From positions 23,980-87,979 of the IMG/VR virus record IMGVR_UViG_3300030090_003995: a DNA stretch of 64,000 bases; one strand, 5' to 3'. The notes under the pieces are model-generated. The model worked only from the letters and a program-made list of their open reading frames with translations, was not told where the DNA came from and did not search any database. Origin of the DNA: a virus. The translations under genes were made by a program, and so were the position numbers. Shown piece by piece: positions 1 to 10,347 of the stretch; positions within the stretch are counted from its first letter, which is position 1, and each line of letters starts with the position of its first letter.

Positions 1-1
1 T

Positions 2-73
2 GCGAGACATAAATGTAAAACTTGTAAAAGAGGCGATTATTCAGCAAGATGTATGGCTTGTAGGGATTGGTAA
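2..73 (+). CDS. 3' end of a small Cys-rich (Zn-finger-like) protein, truncated by the window edge
   Basis: Manual translation ARHKCKTCKRGDYSARCMACRDW*, two CxxC pairs. Confidence 0.5.
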   Translation, partial: ARHKCKTCKRGDYSARCMACRDW

Positions 74-75
74 TT

Positions 76-243
76 ATGTTAGGAATTGTGTTAGCATCAT
101 TAATTATTTTGGTTGCCATTTTTTGGTATAATTTTTGGGTTTCATTAAATGACCTTGTTGATGGTGTTATTGAAGTTGAGGCTGAGGAAATAACAGAAGA
201 GTTATGGAAAAGTCATAAATTATTAAGGAGGATTCATAAATGA
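76..243 (+). CDS. small membrane protein (55 aa)
   Basis: Manual translation MLGIVLASLIILVAIFWYNFW...; stop overlaps the portal start (ATGA). Confidence 0.6.
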   Translation: MLGIVLASLIILVAIFWYNFWVSLNDLVDGVIEVEAEEITEELWKSHKLLRRIHK

Positions 244-1883
244 GTGAGAAAAGAAGATGGAGGATTGGGAACTTTTTGCGAAGAAAAACTCCTAAACCTG
301 GAGACCGTAAAGTATTTAATTTAGGAATACAGGAAAGAGAAGCAAATTATTTAATGACAACACCTCTATTATATAACGTTGCATATAATTCAGTTATTAC
401 TCGAACCTGTATTACGCAATTGAAAAATGAAGTGTTTAGACGTGGTTATGAATGGAGAAAGAACTTTGCTCATAAATGTCAAGATTGTGGAAAACAACAT
501 GAGAAGCCAGTTGAAGAGTGTTCAGAATGTGGTTCTAGAAATTTAAAGAAACCTGACCAAAAACAATTAAAGTATGCCAAAAATATGTTTGAGGGTTATG
601 TCAATAAGTCTAATCAAATGTTGATTGATGTTCTTAAAGAACTTGAAGACGATTTAAATATTGTCGATGATGCTTACCTTGTTCTTGTTAAAGAGTATTA
701 TTTAGATGGTAACGGTGAAATTAAATTGCACCGTGTTAAAGAAATCTATCGTGCTGACCCAGTTACTATGGCTATTTATTCCGATGAAGTTGGAGAAAGA
801 GGAACCAAAGGGTTTACTGCTTTGAATGATAGAAATTATATTTCAGAAAATCAATTTGAGTGTCACCCTGAAACACAAGAAATTCTTTATCCTATACATT
901 ATGTAAATAGAGTGCATGGTGAAGACCAGTTCTTTATTGAAGGTGAAGTTTTACACTTTAGTAAATATTCTCCAACAAGGATGTATGGGCAATCTCCTGT
1001 TATTACATTGTTTAATCATATTACTACTCTTATTGCTATGGAGAACTATGTTAATCAGTCTTATACTAAAAGCCGTATGCCTAAAGGATTGCTCGCTGTT
1101 CAAACTAGAAACATTGAATCAATGAGAACTTTTTGGCGAGCGGTTAAAGAAAAGATGGAAGAAGACCCACACTTCATTCCTGTTATGGGTATTGAAGCAG
1201 AAAATGGAAAGGGTTCAGTTGAGTGGATTAAATTTATGGATTCATTGAAAGAGATGGATTATGTTGCAGTTAAGGAAGATTTGCGAGATAGGATTGCTGC
1301 TTTCTATGGGGTTAGTAAAATCTTTATGGCAGACAATTCATCAAGTGGTGGATTGAATAATGAAGGTATGCAAATTCTTGTTACAAATCGTGCGGTAGAA
1401 ATGGCACAGAACGTTTACAATCATTATGTCTTCCCTTGGTTTGTTGGAGAATTTGGAATTACAGATTGGAAGTTAGTATTGCCACCATCAGAAGAAGAAG
1501 ATGAAATTGCAGTAATGCGAAAGCGAGAAATTGAAGTTAATATTGCCGCTTCAATTAAAAATCTTGGATTTATTGTTGATATGAATGAAGATGGTGAATT
1601 TACATTCAAGAAAGAACCACCTGCACCACCGGCAGGACAACCACAACAAGGTGATAAAGGTGATAAAGGCGGTAAAATAGAAACCGACCCTTATGCGGGA
1701 ACAAATATTGATGCAAGTCAATTAGGGCAAATGCAAGAACAAATGATGGCGGGTGGAAAAGATTCATCCGGTGGAGGCACAAGGAATAAACCCTCTATGA
1801 GCGTTGGACCTGATAAGAGAGCCACAGGCTTACCAAAAGAAGCCGGAAACCAAAATGTCGATAAAAGAACAGAAAGAAGGTGA
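240..1883 (+). CDS. portal protein with Zn-ribbon insertion
   Basis: Portal-like segments (DDAYLVL, GEVLHF, YGQSP, RIAAFYGV); first gene of the head module; CQDC...CSEC insertion; low-complexity C-terminal tail. Confidence 0.85.
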   Translation: MSEKRRWRIGNFLRRKTPKPGDRKVFNLGIQEREANYLMTTPLLYNVAYNSVITRTCITQLKNEVFRRGYEWRKNFAHKCQDCGKQHEKPVEECSECGSRNLKKPDQKQLKYAKNMFEGYVNKSNQMLIDVLKELEDDLNIVDDAYLVLVKEYYLDGNGEIKLHRVKEIYRADPVTMAIYSDEVGERGTKGFTALNDRNYISENQFECHPETQEILYPIHYVNRVHGEDQFFIEGEVLHFSKYSPTRMYGQSPVITLFNHITTLIAMENYVNQSYTKSRMPKGLLAVQTRNIESMRTFWRAVKEKMEEDPHFIPVMGIEAENGKGSVEWIKFMDSLKEMDYVAVKEDLRDRIAAFYGVSKIFMADNSSSGGLNNEGMQILVTNRAVEMAQNVYNHYVFPWFVGEFGITDWKLVLPPSEEEDEIAVMRKREIEVNIAASIKNLGFIVDMNEDGEFTFKKEPPAPPAGQPQQGDKGDKGGKIETDPYAGTNIDASQLGQMQEQMMAGGKDSSGGGTRNKPSMSVGPDKRATGLPKEAGNQNVDKRTERR

Positions 1884-1887
1884 TTAA

Positions 1888-2331
1888 ATGAGTTGGTTTG
1901 ATATATTAAAAGCCCAACAAAGGTTATTTAGCGAACCCCCTTTAACAGAAGAAGAGGAAGCAGTTTTAGATGAAGGATTGGAGGAAAATCCATTCTTGAG
2001 ACCAAGGGAAGGTAAAGTCTTAGCAGCGACCGAAGACCATAAAAAGCCTAAAAAATCAAAACAATTAAAACTTCCGGGTGCGCCTATTAGAACAAAAGTT
2101 CCTATATCTGAATTTAGAGATGGTTCTAGTCCAACAGGTGATGATACAAAATTAACCGTTCAACAACAAACAAGACTGGCTCAAAAAGAACCTAGAGGGC
2201 ATTTTAAAGAATTAGCCAATGAAATGACAAGATTGGCATTACGTTCTCAAAATTCTGATGGTCAAAAACAAAAGAAATTATTAGGGCGTATGAGAATGCG
2301 ATTAGAAGAAGAAAATATACCGAGGGCTTAA
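1888..2331 (+). CDS. MSW-ILK leader protein (putative internal virion cargo)
   Basis: Starts MSWFDILK after a GGTGAT RBS. Confidence 0.7.
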   Translation: MSWFDILKAQQRLFSEPPLTEEEEAVLDEGLEENPFLRPREGKVLAATEDHKKPKKSKQLKLPGAPIRTKVPISEFRDGSSPTGDDTKLTVQQQTRLAQKEPRGHFKELANEMTRLALRSQNSDGQKQKKLLGRMRMRLEEENIPRA

Positions 2332-2332
2332 T

Positions 2333-2551
2333 ATGACAAGTAGAGAAGATGTAGCAAAAATTCGTAGGGAACTACAAGAAACTGAGAGAGTGCTAACTTT
2401 AGCAGAACAGAAAAAAACTATCAATAAAAATCATGCACCTGTGCAATTACCTGATAAAAAGACTCATTATAATGAGAGGACTTCATCCAATCAAATTGAT
2501 TATGTTGTTCATTTGCCTAAGAAGCAAAAGCGTAGCGAAAATAAGTGGTGA
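2333..2551 (+). CDS. hypothetical protein (72 aa)
   Basis: ORF track; tightly packed in the operon. Confidence 0.6.
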   Translation: MTSREDVAKIRRELQETERVLTLAEQKKTINKNHAPVQLPDKKTHYNERTSSNQIDYVVHLPKKQKRSENKW

Positions 2552-2556
2552 GTAAA

Positions 2557-5500
2557 ATGACATTACTAAAAGCCTATCTAATGAATAAGCGTGACCCGTT
2601 TACATTAGCGAAGGCTTTCCTTGATGTGCTTAAAGATGAACAAGCATGGAGAGAAGAACAATTAGGTGAGTTAGGTGCAAAATATTTCAGTGATGCGATG
2701 GAGTTTTATGAAGATGAACTTGCTGAAATCAATGGTAAGATTGTAGAAAATAATTCTAAAATTAAAGAGATTAGAACAAGACTTGCCCCTAATTATACTT
2801 TTGAAGATAAAATTGAGTATGAGGGTCCAGATGGTGAAACCTTTATTCGTAGAGAAACTAGAGGTCTTACTGATGAAGAATCTAATTTGGAGCGTTTAGA
2901 ACTAGAAAGTGCTGAATCTCTTAATAATGATTATGCTGAAATAAGGGAGTCTGTCAACGGTCACTTATCTGATTTAACTACACACTATACTAATTTAACA
3001 GGTGAGGAATACGATAGAAGTGATGAAAATAAAATACGTTTGACCTTAAAGGGGTTAAAAATATTAGCAGATAGAATAGATGATTTAGGTGAAATTAAGC
3101 CACCCGATTCTATAAAACAATTGGATGCTAATTTAGAAAATGCTAAGAAACTTTACGAAAGGTCATTAGAAGAATTAAAATCAGATTTACAGGAAAAAAA
3201 TGCTCCCCAAGATATTATTACTAATGCAACTGCTAAATTAAAACGCAAGTTTGATACAAAAATGTCTACATTAGAATCATCAAGAAGTGGTATGTCTAAG
3301 AGTTATGAATCTTTACTATCTCAAAAATATAAACTTGAACAAAGAATTATTAGAGGAAAAAAAGATTTAGAAAGAATGGGTATTGATGTAAAGGAATACG
3401 GCCCGAAATATTCAAAAGAATCAGACTTTAAAAAACCACAGTCTAAACCTGAAACAGCGGAAGAGAAGAAGGCTAGAGAAGAAAAAGAAGAACAGGAAAA
3501 TCTTGAAAGAAGAATAGATTTGAAAAAACAAGCGTTAGTCCGTTTAGCAAAAAGAGCCCTTGAATGGGAAAAACAAGGTTTTATTCCTGGCCCTAAATAC
3601 AAAGCGGGAAGAAGAAAAACTACGGGAAAATTAGATAGAGATTATGCTCGCCCAATTAAAAGTGGAAAATACAAAGGCATTACCCTTAAAGGCGATGAGG
3701 TAGAATTAGATGCAAAAATGACTAAACTGGTAAATGATAGCAATATTGGTGTCAATGAACTTATTAGTCAGGTTAATAAACTTAATCCAAATTTAACTAT
3801 TTCTCTTCCTGAAACACAAAAAACTGTTGACGTAAAGAGGGATATTAGAGGGCTTCCAATAAGAGATAAGGATGGGAATGAAATACCAGTTAAATTTGGT
3901 GAAAATAAACCATACACTCAAGAAGAAATATCTCGCGCTAAGAGTCAAGAACAGAAAGAATATATGGTGCGTATGAATAATTTAGGTATCGGTAAGGGAA
4001 AAAGAAAAGTTAAACAAACCGCTGGTAATTTAAAAAATTGGAAAGAGTGGAGAGAAGAGTTTTCAAGAGTAGTAAGTGATGAAAATCTTCAATTAATGCG
4101 CAACCAATTAAATGATTTCTTTAAAGATTTAGACCCTGAAGTTATGCGTTTATTTGATAAAGATGCACATTCCACTGACACTACTAGATTTGGTTTGGCA
4201 TCAAGCAAAGAAGGTTCAGATGGTAACATTAAATGGACTAAACATGTTAGCAGAAGAAAAACATTACAAATATTAGGTAAGATTTTTTCTGAGGCACTAA
4301 GGACTGATATTTTATCTGATATACAAAAAGTTAATGCAGAGAAAATTCTGAATGCTATTGACGAGGAGTTAGGGATTTCTGGCGGAAAACAAATTAGAGA
4401 ACAACCGGTTGCTGACCAGCAAGTTACTAATATGATGGAATTACTACAAGATTTTTATGATGAGACTCAAATTCTTTTAGAATCTGATACTGATGATGAA
4501 TGGAATGAAGAACCAGTTGAAAGGTTAGAAGATTTAACTGAAGAAGTTGCACAATTATTACAGGATATGGATGAAGAAAATCCTTCACAAGAAGATTATG
4601 TTAATTTATTAATTAGATACCATTTAATAAATGTCACAATTAGGGAATTGGGTAGAGAATTACCAAATCAAGCCTTACAAGCAAAACGTTCTTTAAGAGA
4701 ATATTTAGATTCATTAGAGAATAGATATGAAGATATGTATGGTAATATTGCTGATGATAAGTTACAATCTTTGCAACGTCTTGCTCAAGATTCAACTGAT
4801 TCCGAAGAAGATAAAAGAAAATTAGAACAAGAAATTAGAAGAACATCTACTAAAACTTCTTGGAAACCACCTAAAGGTTATCATGATAAAGATGATACTG
4901 TTAGAAGAAGAGAAAGGGTAAAATTACATAAAGCAGAATTACAGATGCATATTGATATATTTAAACGGTTATCTGAAGGTGGAGAGGTAAAGATAACTAA
5001 ACCTATTAGACACCCTGACCAAACTGATAAAGAATATGCAGAAGCAAAACGTAGGTTTGAACCTAAAGTAATTTCAGGTAAAAAAATTCCTAAAAGGCAA
5101 GGTAATCAAAGACCTCTAAAACAGTTAGCAGAAATGGTAATTCCTAAATTTAAAGTGGATATGGAAAAATCTAGACAAAAGCGATTGTATGGTAAAATTT
5201 TAACTCAAGAACGTATTGATGGTATTAGAAATAATTTGGTTGCAGAATTAGGAAGAGGTGAAGAAGTTGATATTGAGAATTTTGATAGTTTATATTCTTC
5301 AGCGGTAGATATTATAGGGCCAAAATCTTATACTGATAGATATAAACAGGTTAAGACTCTAACAGGTAAAGAATTAGAACAACTTGGTTTAGAGGATGTT
5401 AAAGAAGAGTTTTTAGCAAGAAGAGTTAGAGGTGAAGGTACTGATGACGAAGAATTTATTCCTGATTCTGAAATTAGTGATGCCGATGAATTTGATGCCG

Positions 5501-5937
5501 CTAATACATTAATGGACCAAGCAACTGCTATGGTTATGAATTACAAAGATGACGATGGTAAGATTGTTGAAATACCTGAAGATGCAGCGCCTTATTTAGA
5601 AATAGTAGAACAACGATTTAAACAGGCTAGAGATGAGGCTTTAAAGGTTCAAGCAGAAAGTGAAGATGATGAACTTCCTAAAGAGTTCCGTTCTAAATCT
5701 GGCACAACAATTAATTTTGATGAGTGGTTACAAAATATAGAATCGGCAAAGGCTGAAGCGCAATCTAAGAAGTTAGATGAAAGAAAATATGGTGAAGATA
5801 AAAAGGTTAAGAGAAAACCTAAGAGACCTGTTGTTAAATTACCAGAAACAAGAACAATTGATGAAGAGAGAGAAAGAGGAGAAAATTTGTTAGACCCTTC
5901 AATTCTAAGAAGACCTGAACAGGAGGAAGAAGAATGA
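2557..5937 (+). CDS. large, highly charged coiled-coil protein, possibly an internal head protein
   Basis: About 1126 aa, K/E/D/R-rich and helical; ATG 2557 after GGTGAG; no recognised catalytic motif. Confidence 0.7.
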   Translation: MTLLKAYLMNKRDPFTLAKAFLDVLKDEQAWREEQLGELGAKYFSDAMEFYEDELAEINGKIVENNSKIKEIRTRLAPNYTFEDKIEYEGPDGETFIRRETRGLTDEESNLERLELESAESLNNDYAEIRESVNGHLSDLTTHYTNLTGEEYDRSDENKIRLTLKGLKILADRIDDLGEIKPPDSIKQLDANLENAKKLYERSLEELKSDLQEKNAPQDIITNATAKLKRKFDTKMSTLESSRSGMSKSYESLLSQKYKLEQRIIRGKKDLERMGIDVKEYGPKYSKESDFKKPQSKPETAEEKKAREEKEEQENLERRIDLKKQALVRLAKRALEWEKQGFIPGPKYKAGRRKTTGKLDRDYARPIKSGKYKGITLKGDEVELDAKMTKLVNDSNIGVNELISQVNKLNPNLTISLPETQKTVDVKRDIRGLPIRDKDGNEIPVKFGENKPYTQEEISRAKSQEQKEYMVRMNNLGIGKGKRKVKQTAGNLKNWKEWREEFSRVVSDENLQLMRNQLNDFFKDLDPEVMRLFDKDAHSTDTTRFGLASSKEGSDGNIKWTKHVSRRKTLQILGKIFSEALRTDILSDIQKVNAEKILNAIDEELGISGGKQIREQPVADQQVTNMMELLQDFYDETQILLESDTDDEWNEEPVERLEDLTEEVAQLLQDMDEENPSQEDYVNLLIRYHLINVTIRELGRELPNQALQAKRSLREYLDSLENRYEDMYGNIADDKLQSLQRLAQDSTDSEEDKRKLEQEIRRTSTKTSWKPPKGYHDKDDTVRRRERVKLHKAELQMHIDIFKRLSEGGEVKITKPIRHPDQTDKEYAEAKRRFEPKVISGKKIPKRQGNQRPLKQLAEMVIPKFKVDMEKSRQKRLYGKILTQERIDGIRNNLVAELGRGEEVDIENFDSLYSSAVDIIGPKSYTDRYKQVKTLTGKELEQLGLEDVKEEFLARRVRGEGTDDEEFIPDSEISDADEFDAANTLMDQATAMVMNYKDDDGKIVEIPEDAAPYLEIVEQRFKQARDEALKVQAESEDDELPKEFRSKSGTTINFDEWLQNIESAKAEAQSKKLDERKYGEDKKVKRKPKRPVVKLPETRTIDEERERGENLLDPSILRRPEQEEEE

Positions 5938-6287
5938 GTTGGAAAAAGATATTAAAATTTCAATCTGACGGTTTAGATGAACATAATGTGGATGAACTTC
6001 TTGTTCATCCAATTGAGCGATTAGGTTTCCGATTACAAACGAATGAGTCATATATAGTTGGTGATAATCCAGAATCAGGAGAAGCCGGATGGAATACCGG
6101 ACAGTATTCTTTGGATTTTGCCCACACAACAGGAACGCGATATACTGTAAAAAGGACACATATACGTGCTACCCCCACATCTCCCCAATATTATATTTTT
6201 AGGGGTAATGAGGGAATTGTTGGTAAACCTTTCAATTATATAGAAGTAGTAGATTGGTTTGAACACGAAGCGGAGAGTTTATCATGA
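5934..6287 (+). CDS. MSW-ILK leader protein
   Basis: Starts MSWKKILK; ATGA overlap with the upstream gene. Confidence 0.7.
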   Translation: MSWKKILKFQSDGLDEHNVDELLVHPIERLGFRLQTNESYIVGDNPESGEAGWNTGQYSLDFAHTTGTRYTVKRTHIRATPTSPQYYIFRGNEGIVGKPFNYIEVVDWFEHEAESLS

Positions 6288-6616
6288 CGTGGTTTGAAGT
6301 AATTAAAGAAGATAGTCCGGCTTTGGCTAGTCTATCACAAAAAGAAAAAAAGAAACTCAAAAAGGTTTTGCAAGCAGCCGAACCTTCAGAATACTTTGGT
6401 CAAGACTTTACAAGAATGGGAGAATTGATTGAATTAATGAGAGAATTAGATTTGGTTAAGGGAGATAAAAAAATGCAAAAGAAAATGAAATCTATTTCTG
6501 AGCAAAATGTAGATGTTGTCGCTATGGCTGCTAAATTGCGAAAAGAATATGAAGAAATGTATAGACAACTTCGACAAATTGTATATCCTAAAAGCAAGGG
6601 GTTGAGAAAGAAATGA
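6284..6616 (+). CDS. MSW-ILK leader protein (helical)
   Basis: Starts MTWFEVIK. Confidence 0.7.
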   Translation: MTWFEVIKEDSPALASLSQKEKKKLKKVLQAAEPSEYFGQDFTRMGELIELMRELDLVKGDKKMQKKMKSISEQNVDVVAMAAKLRKEYEEMYRQLRQIVYPKSKGLRKK

Positions 6617-6876
6617 GTTGGGAAAATATAATTAAAATGAGAAGAATTATTCCTGAAGTAGAGGAAGTCATGCCCTATTATAATGGGTTAGATGAATTAC
6701 TCACTATGGTTAAAAAAGATATGGAAGAAGTTGTAAGTTTTATTATGAATGATGATTTAGAAAGGGCCGAAATTAAGTGGGATAAAATGAAAGGAGGCAT
6801 TCTCGATTTAGAAGGAACCTTTACTGGAATTAAAGACGTTAATGCGTTTATTACTAGATTATTAGGTGATGCTTAA
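6613..6876 (+). CDS. MSW-ILK leader protein
   Basis: Starts MSWENIIK. Confidence 0.7.
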   Translation: MSWENIIKMRRIIPEVEEVMPYYNGLDELLTMVKKDMEEVVSFIMNDDLERAEIKWDKMKGGILDLEGTFTGIKDVNAFITRLLGDA

Positions 6877-7022
6877 TGAGTAAAATGGATTTCGCTAAAG
6901 CGAATAAAGAACTTAGACATCATATTATTTTAATGCTTGACCATTTTGATAATCAAGATGAAGAAGGTTGGAACAAACTACTTAAAATTGCAAGATTTGT
7001 GGTGGAGGTAGATTATAAATGA
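6876..7022 (+). CDS. hypothetical protein (48 aa)
   Basis: Manual translation MSKMDFAKANKELRHH...GWNKLLKIARFVVEVDYK*; overlaps both neighbours and fills the gap exactly. Confidence 0.6.
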   Translation: MSKMDFAKANKELRHHIILMLDHFDNQDEEGWNKLLKIARFVVEVDYK

Positions 7023-7264
7023 GCGAAAATAAAGATGAAACGCTAGAAGTTCTGAAATTATTAGTGGATAAAATCCAAAAATTAGAAGAAACTGTCTATA
7101 ACAATGACAACGTATTAATGAAAGCGGGTCTTGTAAAGGTTGATAGTCCAACACCAAGTATGGGCGGTGGAGATGGGGTTATTCCTGATTCTAAGGCTAT
7201 TGCTAAGATGAGTTGGGATGAAATCAATACATTGGTTACTCGATTAGGAGGCGGAACAATATGA
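7019..7264 (+). CDS. small protein with a scaffold-like C-terminal helix
   Basis: N-terminal coiled coil; C-terminal IPDSKAIAKMSWDEINTLVTRL resembles the C-terminus of the protease-scaffold. Confidence 0.65.
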   Translation: MSENKDETLEVLKLLVDKIQKLEETVYNNDNVLMKAGLVKVDSPTPSMGGGDGVIPDSKAIAKMSWDEINTLVTRLGGGTI

Positions 7265-7779
7265 ATACTGAAGAAATCTTGAAAAAGTTAAAAGAGATTC
7301 AAGTCGAGGCGATTAATAATCTACATAGTGATGATAAAGAAAGTCAACTTCAAGTCGCTGATAAAGAAAAATTACCGAATGAAGAACTTGTTGGTGGAGA
7401 AGAAGTTAAGATTAAAAGACCAAAGGCTGAAAATGTTAAAGTTCCTGATAGTTTAAGTCGAACAACACCAATGGCCGGCCCAACAAAATTCAATACGCCT
7501 GAAGAGGTTTATACAAGTGGTGAAAAGAAAAGCATTACAATTGAATCAATCCAAGCACAATTAGACGATTTAAAAAAGGATATGAATGCTGATAGATGGG
7601 GCGGAGAATTAGGTAATTTATTAATGGAGGCTGAATCATATTTAACTGAGCATGAGCAAAACAGGCGAGAAGGTAAAATTAAATATGACCAACAGGATAT
7701 TGATGAATTAAGGATTGAAATTAATAGAAATCCTCCTAGCCCTGGCAATATTAGAAATGTCTTAGCCCGATTTCCGTGA
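7261..7779 (+). CDS. hypothetical head-module protein
   Basis: ORF track; starts MNTEEILK (leader variant). Confidence 0.65.
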   Translation: MNTEEILKKLKEIQVEAINNLHSDDKESQLQVADKEKLPNEELVGGEEVKIKRPKAENVKVPDSLSRTTPMAGPTKFNTPEEVYTSGEKKSITIESIQAQLDDLKKDMNADRWGGELGNLLMEAESYLTEHEQNRREGKIKYDQQDIDELRIEINRNPPSPGNIRNVLARFP

Positions 7780-7784
7780 TTAGT

Positions 7785-10340
7785 ATGCCATTAAGCGGTC
7801 TTAGTTTTAGAAAAGAGAAAAACCCTCTTTCTAGGCGTATTCAACGCCTATTTGAACAGATTAGGGCCGACTATCTATCTGCTAAACAACAACCTAAAGA
7901 ATTCGCTAAAGATTGGGAAAAGGCAGTTGATAAACTAATAAACATTTATTCAGATATTGACGACCTTTCTTCTCAATTAAAAACTGTATTAGAAGAGAAA
8001 GATTTGAATTCTTCTGAAGCGAAGGATGCTACCTCTTCAACTGCCCAAAAAGTGTATAATGCTGTTAAAACTTTAAGATACGACAGTGACTACGTTAGAG
8101 ACCCCTTTGTTAAAAAGTTTGGTAAAGAGGTTCTTGAGAAATTATTAGAGAGTAAAGCCCATCTTGCTCTATTTATCCATTGGTGTCTTAGAAATGACCG
8201 AAATGCACTTCCTAGAGAGTTTTGGGAGGAATACCTGCCCGAAGGTGACAAAATAACTGACGGGTATGAGGGTCTTGACCTACATGAGAAGGCGATAGTA
8301 CCCTTCATTACTGAACATTATGGGGATGGAAAAAATAGTCAAGGTGTTAAAGCAAAAGTTAAGGGGTCTATGGCCTTATTTAAGGATTTATACACACGTT
8401 TCTATTCCAAATCCGAGTGGGCCGAGTTACTTGGCCTCGATATTGAGAAGTCTGAAAAAGATAAAAGCGATATTAACTTCATGGTTCCAAATAAACCAAT
8501 GTATAGGATTTTTGAGATTGATGATATTAAAGAGTTACGCGGTTTTACTGGAGATTGGGTTGTTCAAGAAAAATATGATGGTATGCGAATACAATTACAT
8601 AAAATTGATAATAAGGTGAAAATCTTCTCATTTAATGGTAATGATATTACAGATAAATGTCCAGAACAAGTTAAAATTCTCAAAGAAAAGAAGTTTGGGG
8701 AATGTATCTTAGATGGGGAGTTAATGTTATCAACGAAAGAAAAGCCTCTTCCCCGCGCTCAAGTTATTGCTCATGTATTTAAGAATAAAGAAGTTGATGG
8801 GGAGTTAAAGGTTCATGTTTTTGATATTATGCGCCATAATGACCGTGATTTAGCAGATTCTCCTTTACAAGATAGAATTAACATTTTATTTCAAAATTAT
8901 TCCATCCATTCGGATGAAAAATTAGCGTTCCCATCTAAGAAAGACACGCGAATTGCAGATAGTTTAGAAGATATTCAACGTTATGGTAAAGAAATTATGA
9001 AAATTCCAACATCTGAGGGTGTTGTCATTAAAGATTTAACTTCTACTTACATTAAAGGTGCGAAAAAGAATCCTAAGTGGATAAAATGGAAAAAATTTGT
9101 TGATTTGGACCTTATTGTTTTAGATAAGAAAACAACTAAGTCTAATCTAAATTCTTATACTCTTGGGGCTGGCCCATTAACTATGGAACAGGCTCGCAGT
9201 TTACAATCTGAGAAGATAAATGATAGATATTACTTAAATGTTGGGAAGGCTCTTAATACTAAGATAAATGTTGAAGTTGGTAAAATTGTTCGTGTGACTG
9301 TTGATGAAGTTAAGAAGAATAGAAAGGGCCAATATCGAGTATTTACTGCAAAAGTCATTGAGATTCCTGAAGTCGAACATCCTGATAAATTAATCACTTT
9401 AGAGTTGTTAGCCGGTGAAGGTGAAGTTAAAAATTATAAGGCTAAAGCATTAGAAAAGGGATATTCTATTACCGACGATATACATGGTGAAACAGAAGTT
9501 ATTCTTAAGCATGATTTAGACGGCTTTACAATTTATGGATTTAAAGATAATAACTTAATGTCAAAGAACGCGTTAGTAGATTTAGACCTTGTTAAAGAGC
9601 AAATTTCTGAATTAATAACAAAATATTCTAATCAAATGAAATCATTAATTATGACCATAATTAGAAGAAATGGTAATAAAATGACTTTAGAAGATATTAT
9701 AGAAGAAGGGTTAAGAGATAAGAATTTTAAGAAGATTTATGAAAAACACTATGGTAGTCCTAAAGAATTAGGAAAGGCTATGAAAGATGACAAAATGGAT
9801 GGTATAATTTTATTAGACAATATTCATTTTTCTACAGCAAATGAGAAGGAAGCCGAAAAAGTAGAAGTTGAGACTAACCCTGATGTTATTGTTAAGGAGT
9901 ATAAAACTCCTGAAAAGTATAGAAAAGGTAATTTTAAATTGTATCTTAGAAAAGATGAAAACTTAAATTTAACCTTTCAATTAGGGGAAGAAGTTATTGG
10001 TTGGGAAATTCAAATTGACTCAATTGATAATGTATTTGATTTATTTGGTAAAGCAGGTAAGTACCCTGCTAGGATTCAAGAAACAGTTTCAAAGGAAAAA
10101 CTAATTGATAAAGGTTCTGTTGAGTTAGGCGTACAAAGACATGGTTATCACGAATACATCTTAAAAGGCGAAAAGTTTGATACTAAACTTCATTTAAGAG
10201 TTGTCCCATTAAAGGACCAAAAACAATGGATAGCGTTTTCTAGTTTTGTAAAGGAACCTGTTGAACCCTCCACAGATGATGGTATATGGGATATTAGAGA
10301 GGATGAGAACAAGGATTTGTCCTTTGAAAGTCTTGAATAG
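7785..10340 (+). CDS. multidomain ATP-dependent DNA ligase in the head module (N-terminal helical domain + adenylation/OB domains + degenerate LigD phosphoesterase-like C-terminus)
   Basis: Motif I QEKYDGMR, III ILDGEL, IIIa VFDIM, IV EGVVIK, V WIKWK; C-terminal LIDKGSVE...YILKGEKF...WIAF. Confidence 0.85.
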   Translation: MPLSGLSFRKEKNPLSRRIQRLFEQIRADYLSAKQQPKEFAKDWEKAVDKLINIYSDIDDLSSQLKTVLEEKDLNSSEAKDATSSTAQKVYNAVKTLRYDSDYVRDPFVKKFGKEVLEKLLESKAHLALFIHWCLRNDRNALPREFWEEYLPEGDKITDGYEGLDLHEKAIVPFITEHYGDGKNSQGVKAKVKGSMALFKDLYTRFYSKSEWAELLGLDIEKSEKDKSDINFMVPNKPMYRIFEIDDIKELRGFTGDWVVQEKYDGMRIQLHKIDNKVKIFSFNGNDITDKCPEQVKILKEKKFGECILDGELMLSTKEKPLPRAQVIAHVFKNKEVDGELKVHVFDIMRHNDRDLADSPLQDRINILFQNYSIHSDEKLAFPSKKDTRIADSLEDIQRYGKEIMKIPTSEGVVIKDLTSTYIKGAKKNPKWIKWKKFVDLDLIVLDKKTTKSNLNSYTLGAGPLTMEQARSLQSEKINDRYYLNVGKALNTKINVEVGKIVRVTVDEVKKNRKGQYRVFTAKVIEIPEVEHPDKLITLELLAGEGEVKNYKAKALEKGYSITDDIHGETEVILKHDLDGFTIYGFKDNNLMSKNALVDLDLVKEQISELITKYSNQMKSLIMTIIRRNGNKMTLEDIIEEGLRDKNFKKIYEKHYGSPKELGKAMKDDKMDGIILLDNIHFSTANEKEAEKVEVETNPDVIVKEYKTPEKYRKGNFKLYLRKDENLNLTFQLGEEVIGWEIQIDSIDNVFDLFGKAGKYPARIQETVSKEKLIDKGSVELGVQRHGYHEYILKGEKFDTKLHLRVVPLKDQKQWIAFSSFVKEPVEPSTDDGIWDIREDENKDLSFESLE

Positions 10341-10347
10341 GTTTCGC

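Noticed and set aside
1-240. Terminase large subunit
   Set aside because: No terminase motifs found in the window; it probably lies outside it.
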